Virus record (IMG/VR): IMGVR_UViG_3300037132_000276
Coordinates: 28,606 to 92,605 of that record
DNA from: a virus
DNA length: 64,000 nucleotides
Direction: 5' to 3' (one strand)
Shown here: piece after piece, positions 17,762-28,017 of the stretch
How positions within the stretch are numbered: the first letter of the stretch is position 1
Layout: each line of letters begins with the position of its first letter
Notes under the pieces: generated by a model
Seen by the model: only the letters and a program-made list of their open reading frames with translations
What the model was told of the DNA's origin: nothing
Database searches by the model: none
Translations under genes and position numbers: made by a program

Positions 17762-19395
17762 AATTCAGTTATCTCCCGCCATTGAGCTCTAACGTTATCA
17801 ATCGCATCAAGCTCCACTTTATCAACTGTTGGGGCTGCGTTAATATATGCGTTATAGTCTTCCAATTTTGGGCTTCTGTAATCAGCCCTATATTTATTAA
17901 GCCATTTTGCTACCAAACCTCGTGGTGCGCCTCTGGTTAATTCGGTTGTAGTCCTGAAAAATTTACCATATGCGAACTCATGCGCCATACTGCTTATATA
18001 ATATTCAACTCCTTTGTAAATTTTATCTTCGTCCGGATCCAAATATTGTTTATCTTCATATATCAACCGTTGCCCAATCTTTAAATTTTCGTCACCAATC
18101 CATGTAATCGACCCCGATTCAAAGTATGGATAGGCATACCATTCCAGACTTTTTTCTCTCTTATCCAGTAAATAATCAAGTTCGCCTTTTGGCTTGCCTG
18201 CAATTTTGGAAAGGTCTTGTGGGCTTTTATCTTCAATGCTTTTATTGTACTCGACCCTTGATTTTTCAAAATTTACAACCGTGGAGTCTAACTGCAAATG
18301 TCTCAAACCGTATTTTTTTATACTATCAAAATTCAGCAGCGGGAAAAGCGGTCCCAACTGTCCAAACAAAGAATTTGCTGGCGCCATTACGGACTGTTGG
18401 AAATTAACCGAGAAAGAATTCTTTAACTCATAATCAGAGATGCCGGTATTGTCAACTAATCTCTGCTCGCTATTTTTTGTGATTGCTTCTACTATATCAT
18501 CGCCGTCAAAATTTACCCATCCGGTTATCGTATCATATTTTTTACTTACATTATGCTGAGGTATATAATCTTGAAAAGAGAACGGCTTCGGTCGGATGGT
18601 CATCGTATTATACGCAAGCCCGTCACTCCCGGTCATTGTATCGAAAAAGATCTCATAAAAATCACGATCTATACATTGATAGATGTAACTTGCTAATGGA
18701 CCTGCAAATACCGAAAGGACTGGGTTATAAAGTTGCTCGCCTTTTAGAAAGTTAAACTTGAACGTCTCAGCCTTCTTGGGATCGAAAAAGGATTTAGCCA
18801 TTACGCCCGAACCCCGCGCACCAACAATAACATCTGTATTTGTTGCAATGCAGTTGTTAATAATCCATTTAACCGCTTCTTCCGGCAAGCCGCCCTGAAA
18901 AATATTAGTCATGCTTTCCGGCATGTTGCCCCGCATGCCCTCCAAAAACGATACTCTATCTTCACCAAGTTTATCAATCGCTCCGGGGGTATATCTTAAT
19001 AAAGGGAAATTTATTATCTCATCTCTTATCAAAAGTTTGGGCAATAACATCGAGCAATTAATAACCAATTCCCGTCGTGTACTGTTTCCGTCCGCAGAGA
19101 CTCTCGGAAAGATATTATCAATACGCCCCAAAAATGTATGTGTACTGCTATTGCTGTCTATTTTTGCAGAGACAATTGAGTTTAGTTTTAAATTTCTCTG
19201 CGCTTCATTTAGGATTGCGTTATGGATAATGCTAGTGGGCAAACCACTTGTCGCACTTGGGTTAAGGACTAATGCCATTGTTCCAATTGAGGCGTCAACT
19301 GAATTCTGAATACGTACGCTGGAAATGTACTCGCTTATATTCTGATAACCCAGCTCGTTCCATATTTCTACAAGAGGTTCAATTTTTCTGATCAT
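17758..19395 (-). CDS. Baseplate hub (gp27/gpD-like) protein
   Basis: ISSVRIQNS..., FLGRID, SIKKYGLR, GSITWIGD.NLKIGQRL, YYISSMAHEF...TT.ELTRG. Confidence 0.75.
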   Translation of the reverse strand: MIRKIEPLVEIWNELGYQNISEYISSVRIQNSVDASIGTMALVLNPSATSGLPTSIIHNAILNEAQRNLKLNSIVSAKIDSNSSTHTFLGRIDNIFPRVSADGNSTRRELVINCSMLLPKLLIRDEIINFPLLRYTPGAIDKLGEDRVSFLEGMRGNMPESMTNIFQGGLPEEAVKWIINNCIATNTDVIVGARGSGVMAKSFFDPKKAETFKFNFLKGEQLYNPVLSVFAGPLASYIYQCIDRDFYEIFFDTMTGSDGLAYNTMTIRPKPFSFQDYIPQHNVSKKYDTITGWVNFDGDDIVEAITKNSEQRLVDNTGISDYELKNSFSVNFQQSVMAPANSLFGQLGPLFPLLNFDSIKKYGLRHLQLDSTVVNFEKSRVEYNKSIEDKSPQDLSKIAGKPKGELDYLLDKREKSLEWYAYPYFESGSITWIGDENLKIGQRLIYEDKQYLDPDEDKIYKGVEYYISSMAHEFAYGKFFRTTTELTRGAPRGLVAKWLNKYRADYRSPKLEDYNAYINAAPTVDKVELDAIDNVRAQWREITEL

Positions 19396-19478
19396 ATTTC
19401 GCCTGAGTTTCGAATCATTTTACTTGCTGCTTTTATTTCAATTCTTTATTTTGCACTTAAACTTAATTCGGTTCAACT

Positions 19479-19766
19479 ATGGCGCTTATAACTTGTAAAG
19501 AATGTGGCAAAAGCATCAGCGACACAACCGCTCGTTGCCCTAATTGTGGAGCGCCTAGAAGTAAAGCAGTTGGAATATCGTCCGGACGTAAAACTGTCGA
19601 TATACTAGGTGGCATATTTTTTATTTTGTTATGCATCGTCTCGGGATTCTATCCTTTTTATGTTGGTTATCCAAAAGATTTTCCAGAATGTTTTCTCGCT
19701 TCATTTGTCTTGCTGATAATTGGTATAACATTTATTGTAGGGGCTCTTAAAACTCCATTAAAATAA
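19479..19766 (+). CDS. Zinc-ribbon membrane protein (moron-like, opposite strand)
   Basis: MALITCKECGKSISD.TARCPNCGAP plus two TM helices; inserted between tape measure and hub. Confidence 0.75.
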   Translation: MALITCKECGKSISDTTARCPNCGAPRSKAVGISSGRKTVDILGGIFFILLCIVSGFYPFYVGYPKDFPECFLASFVLLIIGITFIVGALKTPLK

Positions 19767-19768
19767 CT

Positions 19769-22700
19769 TCAATGCCCTCCACCAAAAATTGAATTAGCGT
19801 TTCTACCCATATTCTCCATATGCTCGCTTGTAATTCCGTTAGCGGTCCTATCATGAATTATAATTTCTTTCGGATCATTACCGTTTTGTTGGTTAGTTAA
19901 AGCATATGAAATAGCCCTCGCTAATCTATCGTAATCAAAATGCTGAATGGCATTATCTTTTTCGGCGATTTTTGATTTATCGTTTGGCTCAAAAAAAGAA
20001 TGTTCTTTTCCAATAGGAAAATATTTATTTACTGGATCTTCCTTTTGTCCCGCTATTTTTTTTGCTATCATCTCGCGCTTGGTCCATGATTCTATGTCCA
20101 AGTTATTTACGTGGCCTAACATTTCAGTTTGTCGAGGCTGTAATTCTTTTATAAGTGCTTCAAGCTTTTTATGATTGTCTAACTTTATCTGTGGCGTTTC
20201 TTCCTGTTTTGACCTTGTGTTTATTCCTAAATCCTTCGCCCGCTCTTCATTTATTTGCGGTTTCGGAAGCTCTTTTACTGCCCTCTCTTTCGCTGGGGTT
20301 TCAAGTTCTTTGTGCTGCTCAAACTTTATCTCTGGGTGGATAGGCGCCGGTTCTGTTTTTATTTTTATTCCTAAATCCTCTGCATGTTTGATGTCTATCG
20401 GTTTCGGAAGCTCTTTTACTGCCCTCTCTTTCGCTGGGGTTTCAAGTTCTTTGTGCTGCTCTATTTTTGCATGAATTATTTCCGGTTTACTGGCGCTATT
20501 GTATGGGAGATAGTCAAAGTGATTCGGATCCGGTTTATCAACAAACTTCCCATCCTCCCATGATTTTTTAAAATCACCGCCCCATCTGATATTGTTCTCT
20601 TTCGCGTACTCTTCAAATAAAGTATTCAGCGCAGGATCTTTTGGAATATCGTATTTGGGAATTTTTATCATTTTGCCTTGTTCATTTACCTTAAAGGCTT
20701 CGATATCCATCGCCCCCTCGGTTTCTGAATTTTTATAATGGGGTGAGTTTGGTGCATGTCCTTTGCCGGTTGGGTCATATCCTTCCAGGAGATTAACCAA
20801 ATATTCACCGCGTGTATTCTCGGCAACAAATTCCCGTAACCTTTCAGAATTCTTTTTTACCCAACCCGCGGCAACTTCATTATGCTTGTCCTTTATCTCT
20901 CCAAATCTTGTTTTATATGCATCAGAGCCCTCTAGATAATCCGCGCCTTTTGGTGGTGGAGCAATACCGAGGTCTTTCATAATTCTTTGGGCAATCGTAT
21001 CCATATCACCAATTGTAGCCGTCATTTTTTTCATGAATAATTCGTGATATTCCGCGCTGCTTCCCATTTTATTCCAAAATTCAGTGCTGGCTGTTGACAT
21101 GTCATAAACAGTTGTACGCCATTTATCTGCCGCCTCATTTATTGTCCGCGCAATCTTTTCTTCCCGCGTTAATGATTCGGGAACGGCATTTTTAGCGGCT
21201 ATATCATAATCTCCTTTATTCATTGCCTTAAATTTTGATTCGCCCATAAATGCATCAAAATCTTCTTGAGTAAATCCGTTTGGGTGCTCAGCAATCTTTT
21301 TAGCAATGTCTGGTATCATACCCGCAGTTGGAATACTACTATCTTTGGTAGCATGAAGTCTTCTTTCTATAAGCCATTCATCACCTCCGAAATCCCTATT
21401 CATTTGACGAGCAATATCATTAAAATTTTCTACGCTGCCCATTATGCCTAGTTTTTTCCGCTCGGCAAATTTATTGAGATCGCCTCCCCCATATGCATTA
21501 TATAGCCAAGCGTCTTCAGCTGGAGACCCAGGTTTGCCAAGCGAGTCGATGGCATTTAATCCTTGTGCTGCTTTGTCGCCGAGGCGACCGAAAGGTGAAT
21601 CTTTTCCGAAAATCAGACTAGGCAACAATCCTATTTGTGATGCTTCACGGGTATCCATATTCATATTGACGTCAAGCATTTTTTCGTTGATGTCTTTTAA
21701 CGCATTTAAAACATCAACAATCCTTTGTGAGCTTACATTCTCGCCATAGGTGCTCGTTGCAATCTTTCGCGCGTCTTCAAGTCCGGAAATTCCAACATTT
21801 TGACCTGTCATTCTTGCTGATAAATTTAGCGAATAAATTGCATTCGGATCAATCCCCTTTGCACGGGCAAATGTTGTTTGTTCCCCATACAGTTCTTCAT
21901 CCCATTTTCCACGTTGATCAGAAAAAGTGTTACGCATTCTCAACTTTTCTTCCGGCATATAGCCAAGACCTTCATCGACGTTTGATGAGAATGCCTCATT
22001 GCCAAGCCGCACTCTAGTCCTGGCGCGTTCGATATCATAACCCCTACTTTGTCCAACATATCCGCTTAGCGTTCCTGAACTTTCATTGAAAAATTTTAAT
22101 TCTTCTTCTATCTCCATTCGCTTTCTTATATTTCCCTTGTCACCAAGTTCTGCAACTTTAGCGCCTTCTGATTGGCCGGTCATATATCCGCTTATTCCAC
22201 CAAGAATAGCGCCCCCTGCTATGCCCCACGGTCCAGCAGCAGTACCAATTTTTGCACCCAGCAAAGCTCCACCTAAAGCCCCGGCTCCCATACCGATGAT
22301 CCCGCCCCCTAATTCATAGTCACGTGTTCTTTCAGTTGTATATTTGAACGCTTCATTTTGTTGGCGTGCGTTGTACATCGCAAGCGGCGAACTAAAATCA
22401 AATGATGTACGTTCACGGGCGGCAACCTGCTCGGTCTTTGTTTCATATCTTAATCCTGCGTCAATTGCAACTCCCGCTAATGTAAGAACTCCGGCAGCGC
22501 GTAAACTCTGCAAAAGATTCCCGCTTCCCTTGCCCGCCTTCTCGATCTCATCTGAAAAATCTTTCATTCTCAGTTTTGCGGCTTCGATGTCATCGCCCAT
22601 AGTTTTAAATACCCGATCGCCAAATTCAGTACCCGCGAATTTCTCCTTAGCTTCCTGCTGCATTTCCTCCATTTGCTGTACGGCAATGCGCTCTTCTTTC

Positions 22701-23329
22701 AGATATCTCTGTCCTCGGGCTTTTGTATATCCACCCTCGGCAATGTCGTATTCTAAATTTTTATGTCTTTGAAATTGTTCCTTCTCGATTGAACCAACTT
22801 TACGCATGTAGTCCTGAGCAAAATTAATCTGTTCAAGTTTTCCGGTTATATCTGGTATTTTTTGTGTGGCTTCTGCTGCGCCTTGTTTTGCTGACGCGCG
22901 CAATATCTCTTTATGTGCCGGGTCGATATCTTTAAAATATTCTTCATCTAGCTGTGAGGGGATAAACTCAGTTCCTAAAGCAGCATAATCACTTCCAAGT
23001 TTTGTAAACTTTTTATTATAACTTGTTGTTTGTGCCCGAGTTAATTTTCCACTTTCAAGTGCAAGTTTGTAATCGGAAATGAGAGTTTTTTCGCTCGCTT
23101 GGATTTTTTCGAATTCAAATGAATCCTCTATCTTTGTAAGATGTTCAAGCTTTTTCGATTGCTGCGGAGTGAGCCCTTCTTGAAAAGCTGGACTCTGGAT
23201 AGTCTCGCTCATTCGGTTAGAAATCGAAGAAGGGAGATTTGAAATTTCTGCTTTTAGTTGGTCTGCTCCCTCCAGAACCGGGAGTATGCGGGCACGGATG
23301 CCTATGGAGAGTTCATTATTTTCGTTCAA
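19769..23329 (-). CDS. Tape measure protein with C-terminal M15-type peptidoglycan peptidase domain
   Basis: 1186 aa, helical, Gly/Ala-rich hydrophobic segment; SPH...AMDI...IRWGGDF...DPNHFD; follows the tail chaperones. Confidence 0.8.
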   Translation of the reverse strand: MNENNELSIGIRARILPVLEGADQLKAEISNLPSSISNRMSETIQSPAFQEGLTPQQSKKLEHLTKIEDSFEFEKIQASEKTLISDYKLALESGKLTRAQTTSYNKKFTKLGSDYAALGTEFIPSQLDEEYFKDIDPAHKEILRASAKQGAAEATQKIPDITGKLEQINFAQDYMRKVGSIEKEQFQRHKNLEYDIAEGGYTKARGQRYLKEERIAVQQMEEMQQEAKEKFAGTEFGDRVFKTMGDDIEAAKLRMKDFSDEIEKAGKGSGNLLQSLRAAGVLTLAGVAIDAGLRYETKTEQVAARERTSFDFSSPLAMYNARQQNEAFKYTTERTRDYELGGGIIGMGAGALGGALLGAKIGTAAGPWGIAGGAILGGISGYMTGQSEGAKVAELGDKGNIRKRMEIEEELKFFNESSGTLSGYVGQSRGYDIERARTRVRLGNEAFSSNVDEGLGYMPEEKLRMRNTFSDQRGKWDEELYGEQTTFARAKGIDPNAIYSLNLSARMTGQNVGISGLEDARKIATSTYGENVSSQRIVDVLNALKDINEKMLDVNMNMDTREASQIGLLPSLIFGKDSPFGRLGDKAAQGLNAIDSLGKPGSPAEDAWLYNAYGGGDLNKFAERKKLGIMGSVENFNDIARQMNRDFGGDEWLIERRLHATKDSSIPTAGMIPDIAKKIAEHPNGFTQEDFDAFMGESKFKAMNKGDYDIAAKNAVPESLTREEKIARTINEAADKWRTTVYDMSTASTEFWNKMGSSAEYHELFMKKMTATIGDMDTIAQRIMKDLGIAPPPKGADYLEGSDAYKTRFGEIKDKHNEVAAGWVKKNSERLREFVAENTRGEYLVNLLEGYDPTGKGHAPNSPHYKNSETEGAMDIEAFKVNEQGKMIKIPKYDIPKDPALNTLFEEYAKENNIRWGGDFKKSWEDGKFVDKPDPNHFDYLPYNSASKPEIIHAKIEQHKELETPAKERAVKELPKPIDIKHAEDLGIKIKTEPAPIHPEIKFEQHKELETPAKERAVKELPKPQINEERAKDLGINTRSKQEETPQIKLDNHKKLEALIKELQPRQTEMLGHVNNLDIESWTKREMIAKKIAGQKEDPVNKYFPIGKEHSFFEPNDKSKIAEKDNAIQHFDYDRLARAISYALTNQQNGNDPKEIIIHDRTANGITSEHMENMGRNANSIFGGGH
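20258..20461. repeat. 63-bp exact direct repeat (141-bp period) in the tape measure gene
   Basis: 20258-20320 = 20399-20461; encodes EQHKELETPAKERAVKELPKP twice. Confidence 0.9.
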
Positions 23330-23679
23330 AGTTTTACAACCTCAATGTGTTTTAATGATTCTTTGAATACTTCATTTTCCTTTGCATCATAATTTGGATC
23401 TGCTGCTTTTTGCTTTAACATCTCTTCGATTACGGTTCCGGACCCGATATTTTCTAAATAGGATTTTGCTTTGTAGTCGTTATAATCACCATAGATCTGT
23501 GTTTCGTTAGATGTTAAATATCGCTCATCGTTGCTTGAATAATTAAAGTGGTCTTTCCACCATCGTATAATATCGGTTTTATATTCTTTTAAGTAATTTT
23601 GAAAATCAGCAGATAAAAGTTGCTGATCCTCATTTAACGACGACAGTCGTTTTAGCTTGCTCAGCCTGTTGACGAAAAA
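23326..23679 (-). CDS. Tail assembly chaperone C-terminal extension reached by ribosomal frameshift (not in ORF track)
   Basis: 118-codon open frame, +1 relative to 23630-24193, starting at TTT TTT CGT; no early start codon; encodes ...IRWWKDHFNYSSNDERYL...; its TGA overlaps the tape measure TTG. Confidence 0.75.
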   Translation of the reverse strand, partial: FFVNRLSKLKRLSSLNEDQQLLSADFQNYLKEYKTDIIRWWKDHFNYSSNDERYLTSNETQIYGDYNDYKAKSYLENIGSGTVIEEMLKQKAADPNYDAKENEVFKESLKHIEVVKL

Positions 23680-24193
23680 ATTTGCGTCTTTCGTTCACCA
23701 TACCTGTGATCTTTAAGAGTTCGGTTTCCGTTTGCTGGAAGAATTCAAACCCATCCGGTTTATCTATACACATTACTTTAAGAAAAGCATATTCGCCCAC
23801 ACGCATCCGATCCTCGATAAGACCTATATACATATCATAATATTGATTTTTGAAAATTTCTTTGTAAAGTTTATTAAACGCGGTTATTTCTTCATCTGTT
23901 TTCGGATTGGCAAGTTTTGTGACTTCGGCAAGTTTGTTTTTAAATTCCTCTTCGCCATATTTTTCATTATTGAACTGAATATGCTTATCATAAAAAGTAA
24001 ATGCATGATTCTCGAGGCTTATAATTTTCTCAATTCCCCCGAGTAATTCTGCTGCTTCATTTTTAATCTGAATTTTTTCAACAACATTTGGTTCGGCGTT
24101 AAATACAAACGTTAACTCTTCTTCTTTCTTCGCCCCATTAGTCAGCCAATTGCCTTTAATTTTTTTTACTTCAATCTTCTCCCGTTCTGCCAT
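23630..24193 (-). CDS. Tail assembly chaperone
   Basis: Between tube and tape measure; ends ERRKFFRQ with a slippery TTT TTT CGT. Confidence 0.7.
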   Translation of the reverse strand: MAEREKIEVKKIKGNWLTNGAKKEEELTFVFNAEPNVVEKIQIKNEAAELLGGIEKIISLENHAFTFYDKHIQFNNEKYGEEEFKNKLAEVTKLANPKTDEEITAFNKLYKEIFKNQYYDMYIGLIEDRMRVGEYAFLKVMCIDKPDGFEFFQQTETELLKITGMVNERRKFFRQQAEQAKTTVVVK

Positions 24194-24225
24194 TTTATTC
24201 CCTCGAATTTATATTTGTAAAAATC

Positions 24226-24250
24226 CCCTCTCGCATTTTAAGCGAGAGGG
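24226..24250 (-). terminator. Intrinsic terminator-like hairpin after the tube gene
   Basis: CCCTCTCGC-loop-GCGAGAGGG with an A-run at 24219-24223 (U-run on the - strand). Confidence 0.7.
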
Positions 24251-24277
24251 ATAAAAATGAAATCATCTTAATGAGAC

Positions 24278-24847
24278 TTAAGAGCCAACTGCTGCTGGAT
24301 AAGCCCCATGATCGGCGCTTGCCTGCGCAAGTCCCGGATTATCTGCTAACCATTCTAACCCGGTTAACCTCTCCAAATAGAGCATAGTGCCGTTTCTCAT
24401 GTATTTTGTATTTGCATTCCACTGTCCGCTTTGGGCCTGAATTTTCACCTGGCGAAAAACATCTAGAACAAGTCCATTCAATTCAGCTCTTTCGTGAGAT
24501 GCTATCTGAACCATACATTGAAGATAGTCACCCTTACCCAAATTGCGATAAGTTGGAAGACTATCATTTAGATGGAAGAAATACATACTCTGAAATGATA
24601 GTTGGCCCGGGAGCATGGCGCCTTCCACAATTTCGATCACACGTCTTTCTGCCCATTCGGGCTCGGCTACAATTTGATATTGCTCGTTCCACGTAATACC
24701 ACTCCCTCTGGCAACAAGATTATTCTTGCCATCTGAGATTGTAAATCTTAAACTTGTGCCGTGGTGTTGCTGATAGTAAATATCTTTGTTGGAGACGGTC
24801 CCTATCTTCACCGGTAGCGGCAACAAAACTCCTGTTGGATCTGGCAT
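24278..24847 (-). CDS. Tail tube protein
   Basis: 189-aa beta-rich ORF directly after the sheath, strong RBS, followed by a terminator. Confidence 0.7.
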   Translation of the reverse strand: MPDPTGVLLPLPVKIGTVSNKDIYYQQHHGTSLRFTISDGKNNLVARGSGITWNEQYQIVAEPEWAERRVIEIVEGAMLPGQLSFQSMYFFHLNDSLPTYRNLGKGDYLQCMVQIASHERAELNGLVLDVFRQVKIQAQSGQWNANTKYMRNGTMLYLERLTGLEWLADNPGLAQASADHGAYPAAVGS

Positions 24848-24894
24848 AGTTAATTACTCCTATATTATTTATAAACTTTTATGTGTTATGTTCC

Positions 24895-26613
24895 TTACGA
24901 TAATATTTTTACTACAAGTTCAAATCCAACAAAATCTGTTGCATCAAGAGGGATAATTTCCGGTTTTGTTTTTACCGCATTTCCCTCGCGCCATGCATCA
25001 ATCATTCTGCGAGCGGTTATATATCCTTCACTTAAATATTTATCCAGGATTGCTAAACCTTGCAGTGATGCTTGAGCCGGTCCGTAACCATTCGCACCCA
25101 CCCCTACTTGCATTTGATTTTTGTACCCTTCATAAACAAAGTCAACAATCTGACGTTGCATAGTTAAATAACTATGTGCGCCGTCTACGGTCCAGACTGT
25201 TGCATGATTCTGCCATGTATTTACACCCTGAACGATAAAGTAGCCATTAGCCCCTGTGCCAACTATCAACACACCGGCTGCCAGGAAGTTTGCTGTTTCA
25301 GTTGCTTTGTTGCTTTCACCAAAGAATTTCTCGACCGTGGTGGCTGGGACAACATCGCTGGTGAAATTATTCAAAACGGAATTTGCGCTGATCATTCCGG
25401 CATGAAGAGGGGCAAGGCTCATATAAGCTGCTTTACCATTTATGCCCATGCCGGCAAGAATAACATCATCACTGTTAAGTGCTTTTGCCCTGGTGATTGG
25501 ATCGGTTACCGAGGTCAATGCTATGTCTCCAAGCGCGCAACCTGTTATAACCTGAATACTGTATTGAATAGTATTCCGGAGAGTCGCGGCAAGCGCACTA
25601 TAAACTGCATGAACCGATGCGCTGCTGGATAGCACTCCAACCAAACGGAGTCTTACTTTGGTGTAATTTGTAAATTGTTCGAAAAACTGTCCCGCAGATG
25701 CCGCAAATGTGTCAAAACTTCCACCGCCGGTTTCCGTAGCAACCGGACTTGTTCCCTTAGTTGCGCTGGCAATTATCTGAAAGAATATTTTGGCTAATGT
25801 TGTGGGTACAGTTCCTGCATAGTTGTTTCTGCTCGCGGTTAAAATCTGACCGGAAGAGATCCAGTTAATAACATCGGTGATTGTCACCGTACTGTCAAAA
25901 GTTTTCACCTCTTGCCGATCGGTATCTTCCAGGAAAATGCGTCCGTAATCAGTTGTTGCGTATACCGCTGTTGGAAGATCAGCGACCCTGATCTTATTGT
26001 TTACGGTGTCAATTTCGGCAATAGTTGTGGCTTGCGCGGTAGAAGAGGCATTACTCCAGAGTTTGATTGCCTGATTTACAGCCAGCCCTTCAACGTCATC
26101 CAAAGTCAGCCAGGTAGATGTAGTAGCGGTGTTAGCCGTCAAAAATTTTGTAAGCTTTGGAGGGATAACGGTGATCGTCGGTTTGCTACTTGCTGTGGCG
26201 ATGGTGATTGAAATATCGTTGCCCGCGGCACCGAAGTATTTGTCTTTCGGCACGATGTCAAACGTGGTTACCGGTGTACCTGCGTTATCCATTATAGTAG
26301 CCGATCCGTTGGTTAACGGCGCAATATTCACAAAATTTACTACTCCTGCACCGCCCTGAGCTGCATATTCCGCCGCCCTGGTTAAATCCGATGAACCGAA
26401 CCAATCTTTAGCATCGGCTATGCTACTGAATGATTTAATAAATTCATAAGATTTTCTTGTTGCGCTTGACGTGGAAGGCAATCCTTTTCTTGCACTTCCC
26501 ACAAAAATCAAGTTGTTAAACGCGGGTAATGATACACTGCCCAAGTTTACAACTTCTATAGTCCCATAAGCTCCCGGGACCGTGTAAGTTTTGCCACCGA
26601 TTGTAATTGGCAT
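24895..26613 (-). CDS. Contractile tail sheath protein
   Basis: PGAYGTIE, IFVGSARKG, FSSIADAKDWFGSSDL, YFGAAGNDISI, IVQGVNTW; Twort/SPO1-type sheath. Confidence 0.88.
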   Translation of the reverse strand: MPITIGGKTYTVPGAYGTIEVVNLGSVSLPAFNNLIFVGSARKGLPSTSSATRKSYEFIKSFSSIADAKDWFGSSDLTRAAEYAAQGGAGVVNFVNIAPLTNGSATIMDNAGTPVTTFDIVPKDKYFGAAGNDISITIATASSKPTITVIPPKLTKFLTANTATTSTWLTLDDVEGLAVNQAIKLWSNASSTAQATTIAEIDTVNNKIRVADLPTAVYATTDYGRIFLEDTDRQEVKTFDSTVTITDVINWISSGQILTASRNNYAGTVPTTLAKIFFQIIASATKGTSPVATETGGGSFDTFAASAGQFFEQFTNYTKVRLRLVGVLSSSASVHAVYSALAATLRNTIQYSIQVITGCALGDIALTSVTDPITRAKALNSDDVILAGMGINGKAAYMSLAPLHAGMISANSVLNNFTSDVVPATTVEKFFGESNKATETANFLAAGVLIVGTGANGYFIVQGVNTWQNHATVWTVDGAHSYLTMQRQIVDFVYEGYKNQMQVGVGANGYGPAQASLQGLAILDKYLSEGYITARRMIDAWREGNAVKTKPEIIPLDATDFVGFELVVKILS

Positions 26614-26667
26614 ATTGTTACTCTCCTTTGTTAATTAATAAAATAATCTCTTATATGCTTTAGTATG

Positions 26668-26937
26668 TTATAGCTGAGCGACTATCGCTTCCCATTCTGC
26701 AAATGTTTTTTCGGTTATGTTATTTTGACCGACATAATGAGCTAACCTTGCCGCTACCATCCACGATAAATCTTTAGCGCTAACAAACGCCTCTGCGCCG
26801 ATTAAAACCTCTTCCGGTTTTGGCTGCCCTGCTGCTGGTTTTCCTTCAGCCATTGGCTGTTTATTGATCGCTGATTGTTGGTCGCTGATTGCAGACGATA
26901 AATCGCCGAATGATGAAATCTTGTTATCTTTAGCCAT
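26668..26937 (-). CDS. Small hypothetical protein upstream of the sheath
   Basis: 89-aa ORF ending EKTFAEWEAIV, coupled to neighbours. Confidence 0.55.
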   Translation of the reverse strand: MAKDNKISSFGDLSSAISDQQSAINKQPMAEGKPAAGQPKPEEVLIGAEAFVSAKDLSWMVAARLAHYVGQNNITEKTFAEWEAIVAQL

Positions 26938-26938
26938 T

Positions 26939-27877
26939 TCACTCTCCTATTACTAATTGATTTTGATCTACTTCATGTTCGTCAATTTCCAGATCGTCAA
27001 CACGAACTTCATTTTCTATTTCATGAGCGAATATCACAGTCACTCCAACTGCATTCTCGCCGTGTATTGTTGGATTATAATAATCACCCTCAACCGTCAC
27101 CTGACAATTATTGACCTTATAATTTCCTAGTGCTTTTATTAATCTCTCAAGTTGAAGTTTGTAGGCGCGGAACATGTTAGACACAAGATCACGTCTATCC
27201 GTTCCGGCCGTTGTGACAAATGTCGCTCTTATCAAATCGTTATCGGTACTACCGTATATTGTTCCCTGCCCATCCTCATTTTTCAGGTGTCCCCAATAAT
27301 CATGTTTGGTGGATCCGTTTATTCTCTCGATCATTATCCAGTTTTCATTCGGCTGACCAATCATAAATTGTTTATAAATTCCAATATCTCTTGTCAGATA
27401 CATTTTATCACCGGAAATGTTTTTAACCGCATCAAACAATTTTTTAATTGCTTTGGCTGTTAAGTCTTTCCCATCCTGGATCCTTACCAATGCAGTAGGC
27501 AGCGGGGTTGCATTGGCGGAAAGCGGAGCGCTTACTTCTTTTGTGGTTTCGTCGCGGATAACCGCTTTGTAATAATATTTGGTATCGTTAAGAACTATAA
27601 AGTTTGAATAGATGTAAGTATCTTCTTTTGTGGACTTAAATTTATCGAAAACAAAAAGTCCATTATAATTATATCCGGTTAGATCATCTATATGCGTAAA
27701 ATAATTGTTGATTTCATCTTGCGAAACGTCGGTTAGGCTTCTTTGGAATATATAAACTTTCCAACTAAGTGGTCGGTCGGCAGGCGTTTGCCAAAGTATA
27801 TCGAGCTGATTGCCAAACTGTTTAGCTATAACTTCAAATTTTTCAAGCGAGGTTACCGCCATGTTGCTTCTCTGCAT
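26939..27877 (-). CDS. Putative tail terminator/completion protein with N-terminal FN3-like domain
   Basis: LDILWQTP...VYIFQR...YYYKAV (FN3-like); position before the sheath. Confidence 0.5.
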   Translation of the reverse strand: MQRSNMAVTSLEKFEVIAKQFGNQLDILWQTPADRPLSWKVYIFQRSLTDVSQDEINNYFTHIDDLTGYNYNGLFVFDKFKSTKEDTYIYSNFIVLNDTKYYYKAVIRDETTKEVSAPLSANATPLPTALVRIQDGKDLTAKAIKKLFDAVKNISGDKMYLTRDIGIYKQFMIGQPNENWIMIERINGSTKHDYWGHLKNEDGQGTIYGSTDNDLIRATFVTTAGTDRRDLVSNMFRAYKLQLERLIKALGNYKVNNCQVTVEGDYYNPTIHGENAVGVTVIFAHEIENEVRVDDLEIDEHEVDQNQLVIGE

Positions 27878-27954
27878 TATGCACGAACTTGTAATTCGTG
27901 ATTATGTGGAAATACATTTTTGTAAATACAATGGATAAATAATTAAAAGTGGGA

Positions 27955-27990
27955 TGGCTTTTGGTGTGAATTATGCAAAAACTATTGAGT
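27955..27990 (-). promoter_or_regulatory. Late promoter / activator motif, copy 2
   Basis: Identical to 16862-16897; upstream of the tail-completion/sheath operon. Confidence 0.75.
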
Positions 27991-28017
27991 TGTGGAGTAA
28001 ATGTGTTTTAATAAAAA

